Shown: positions 63,569 through 64,000 of the stretch, in pieces
Layout: the number at the start of each line of letters is the position of its first letter
Position numbering within the stretch: position 1 is the stretch's first letter
Assembly: GCA_010405405.1 (NCBI GenBank)
Contig: MU004230.1
Span: 2,080,627 to 2,144,626, forward strand
Direction: 5' to 3'
From: Microthyrium microscopicum
Lineage: Eukaryota
DNA: 64,000 bases
The notes under the pieces: model-generated
What the model was told of the DNA's origin: nothing
Database searches by the model: none
The model's input: only the letters and a program-made list of their open reading frames with translations
Position numbers and translations under genes: made by a program

Positions 63569-64000
63569 ACCAGTCAACGCAAAGAGGTAGATTGTTCTGA
63601 ATCCTAAGCTTTGACATTATTGATGTTGATATGCATCATCATTGATGAGGTTCAAACAATCGAAGGGATGGAGAACGAGTGTAGAAGAAGTGGAAGTTTG
63701 TCACACTTCCCCGAGGTCGCCACAAGCTCAAAGCTCTGGTATACAACAAAAACATAAATTGTTACTGATCCATTTTGATCCTAATGGTTTCAATCTTTGA
63801 CATTAATCTTGAAGAGCTTATGCTTTATCAGAACTGATCGTGTAGGGACAACCGTGCAATCAGTACTAAGCAGTATGCAATAAGCTTGCGAATTTCAAGG
63901 TTGAGTATGATGAGAGCCTGAGCGTCTCTCTTCACGTAAACCGTGAGTAAACGGTAATTATCACTAGAACATTCAGTTTCATGCCATTATGCTTGATCTT

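Overview
Gene-dense genomic DNA from a filamentous ascomycete (Pezizomycotina): short GT-AG introns with CTAAC/CTGAC branch sites and a strong RIP signature in repeats. Housekeeping genes are dynein intermediate chain (3' part), a SUR7/PalI protein, acetyl-CoA transporter, VPS53, SDH5, INCENP, acyl-CoA dehydrogenase, a ketopantoate-reductase-like protein, VPS10 and folylpolyglutamate synthase. An accessory-looking block at about 5.7-18.5 kb holds an intron-containing tRNA-His, three secretory-pathway genes (small amphipathic peptide, degenerate ER Hsp70-like protein, M35-like metalloprotease), a compact three-gene cluster of unknown function (one gene missing from the ORF track) and a tandem row of small orphan genes, two of which are diverged paralogues. 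Mobile DNA comprises one RIP-inactivated 2.8-kb Fot1/pogo-type transposon and two MITE-like elements. Also present: a prion-like Q/G/Y repeat gene split by one in-frame stop, a leaderless aspartic protease with a His/Cys-rich pro-region, and a head-to-head HET-domain / C2H2 zinc-finger pair. All calls come from reading the sequence by eye; no searches were run, and intron models are manual.
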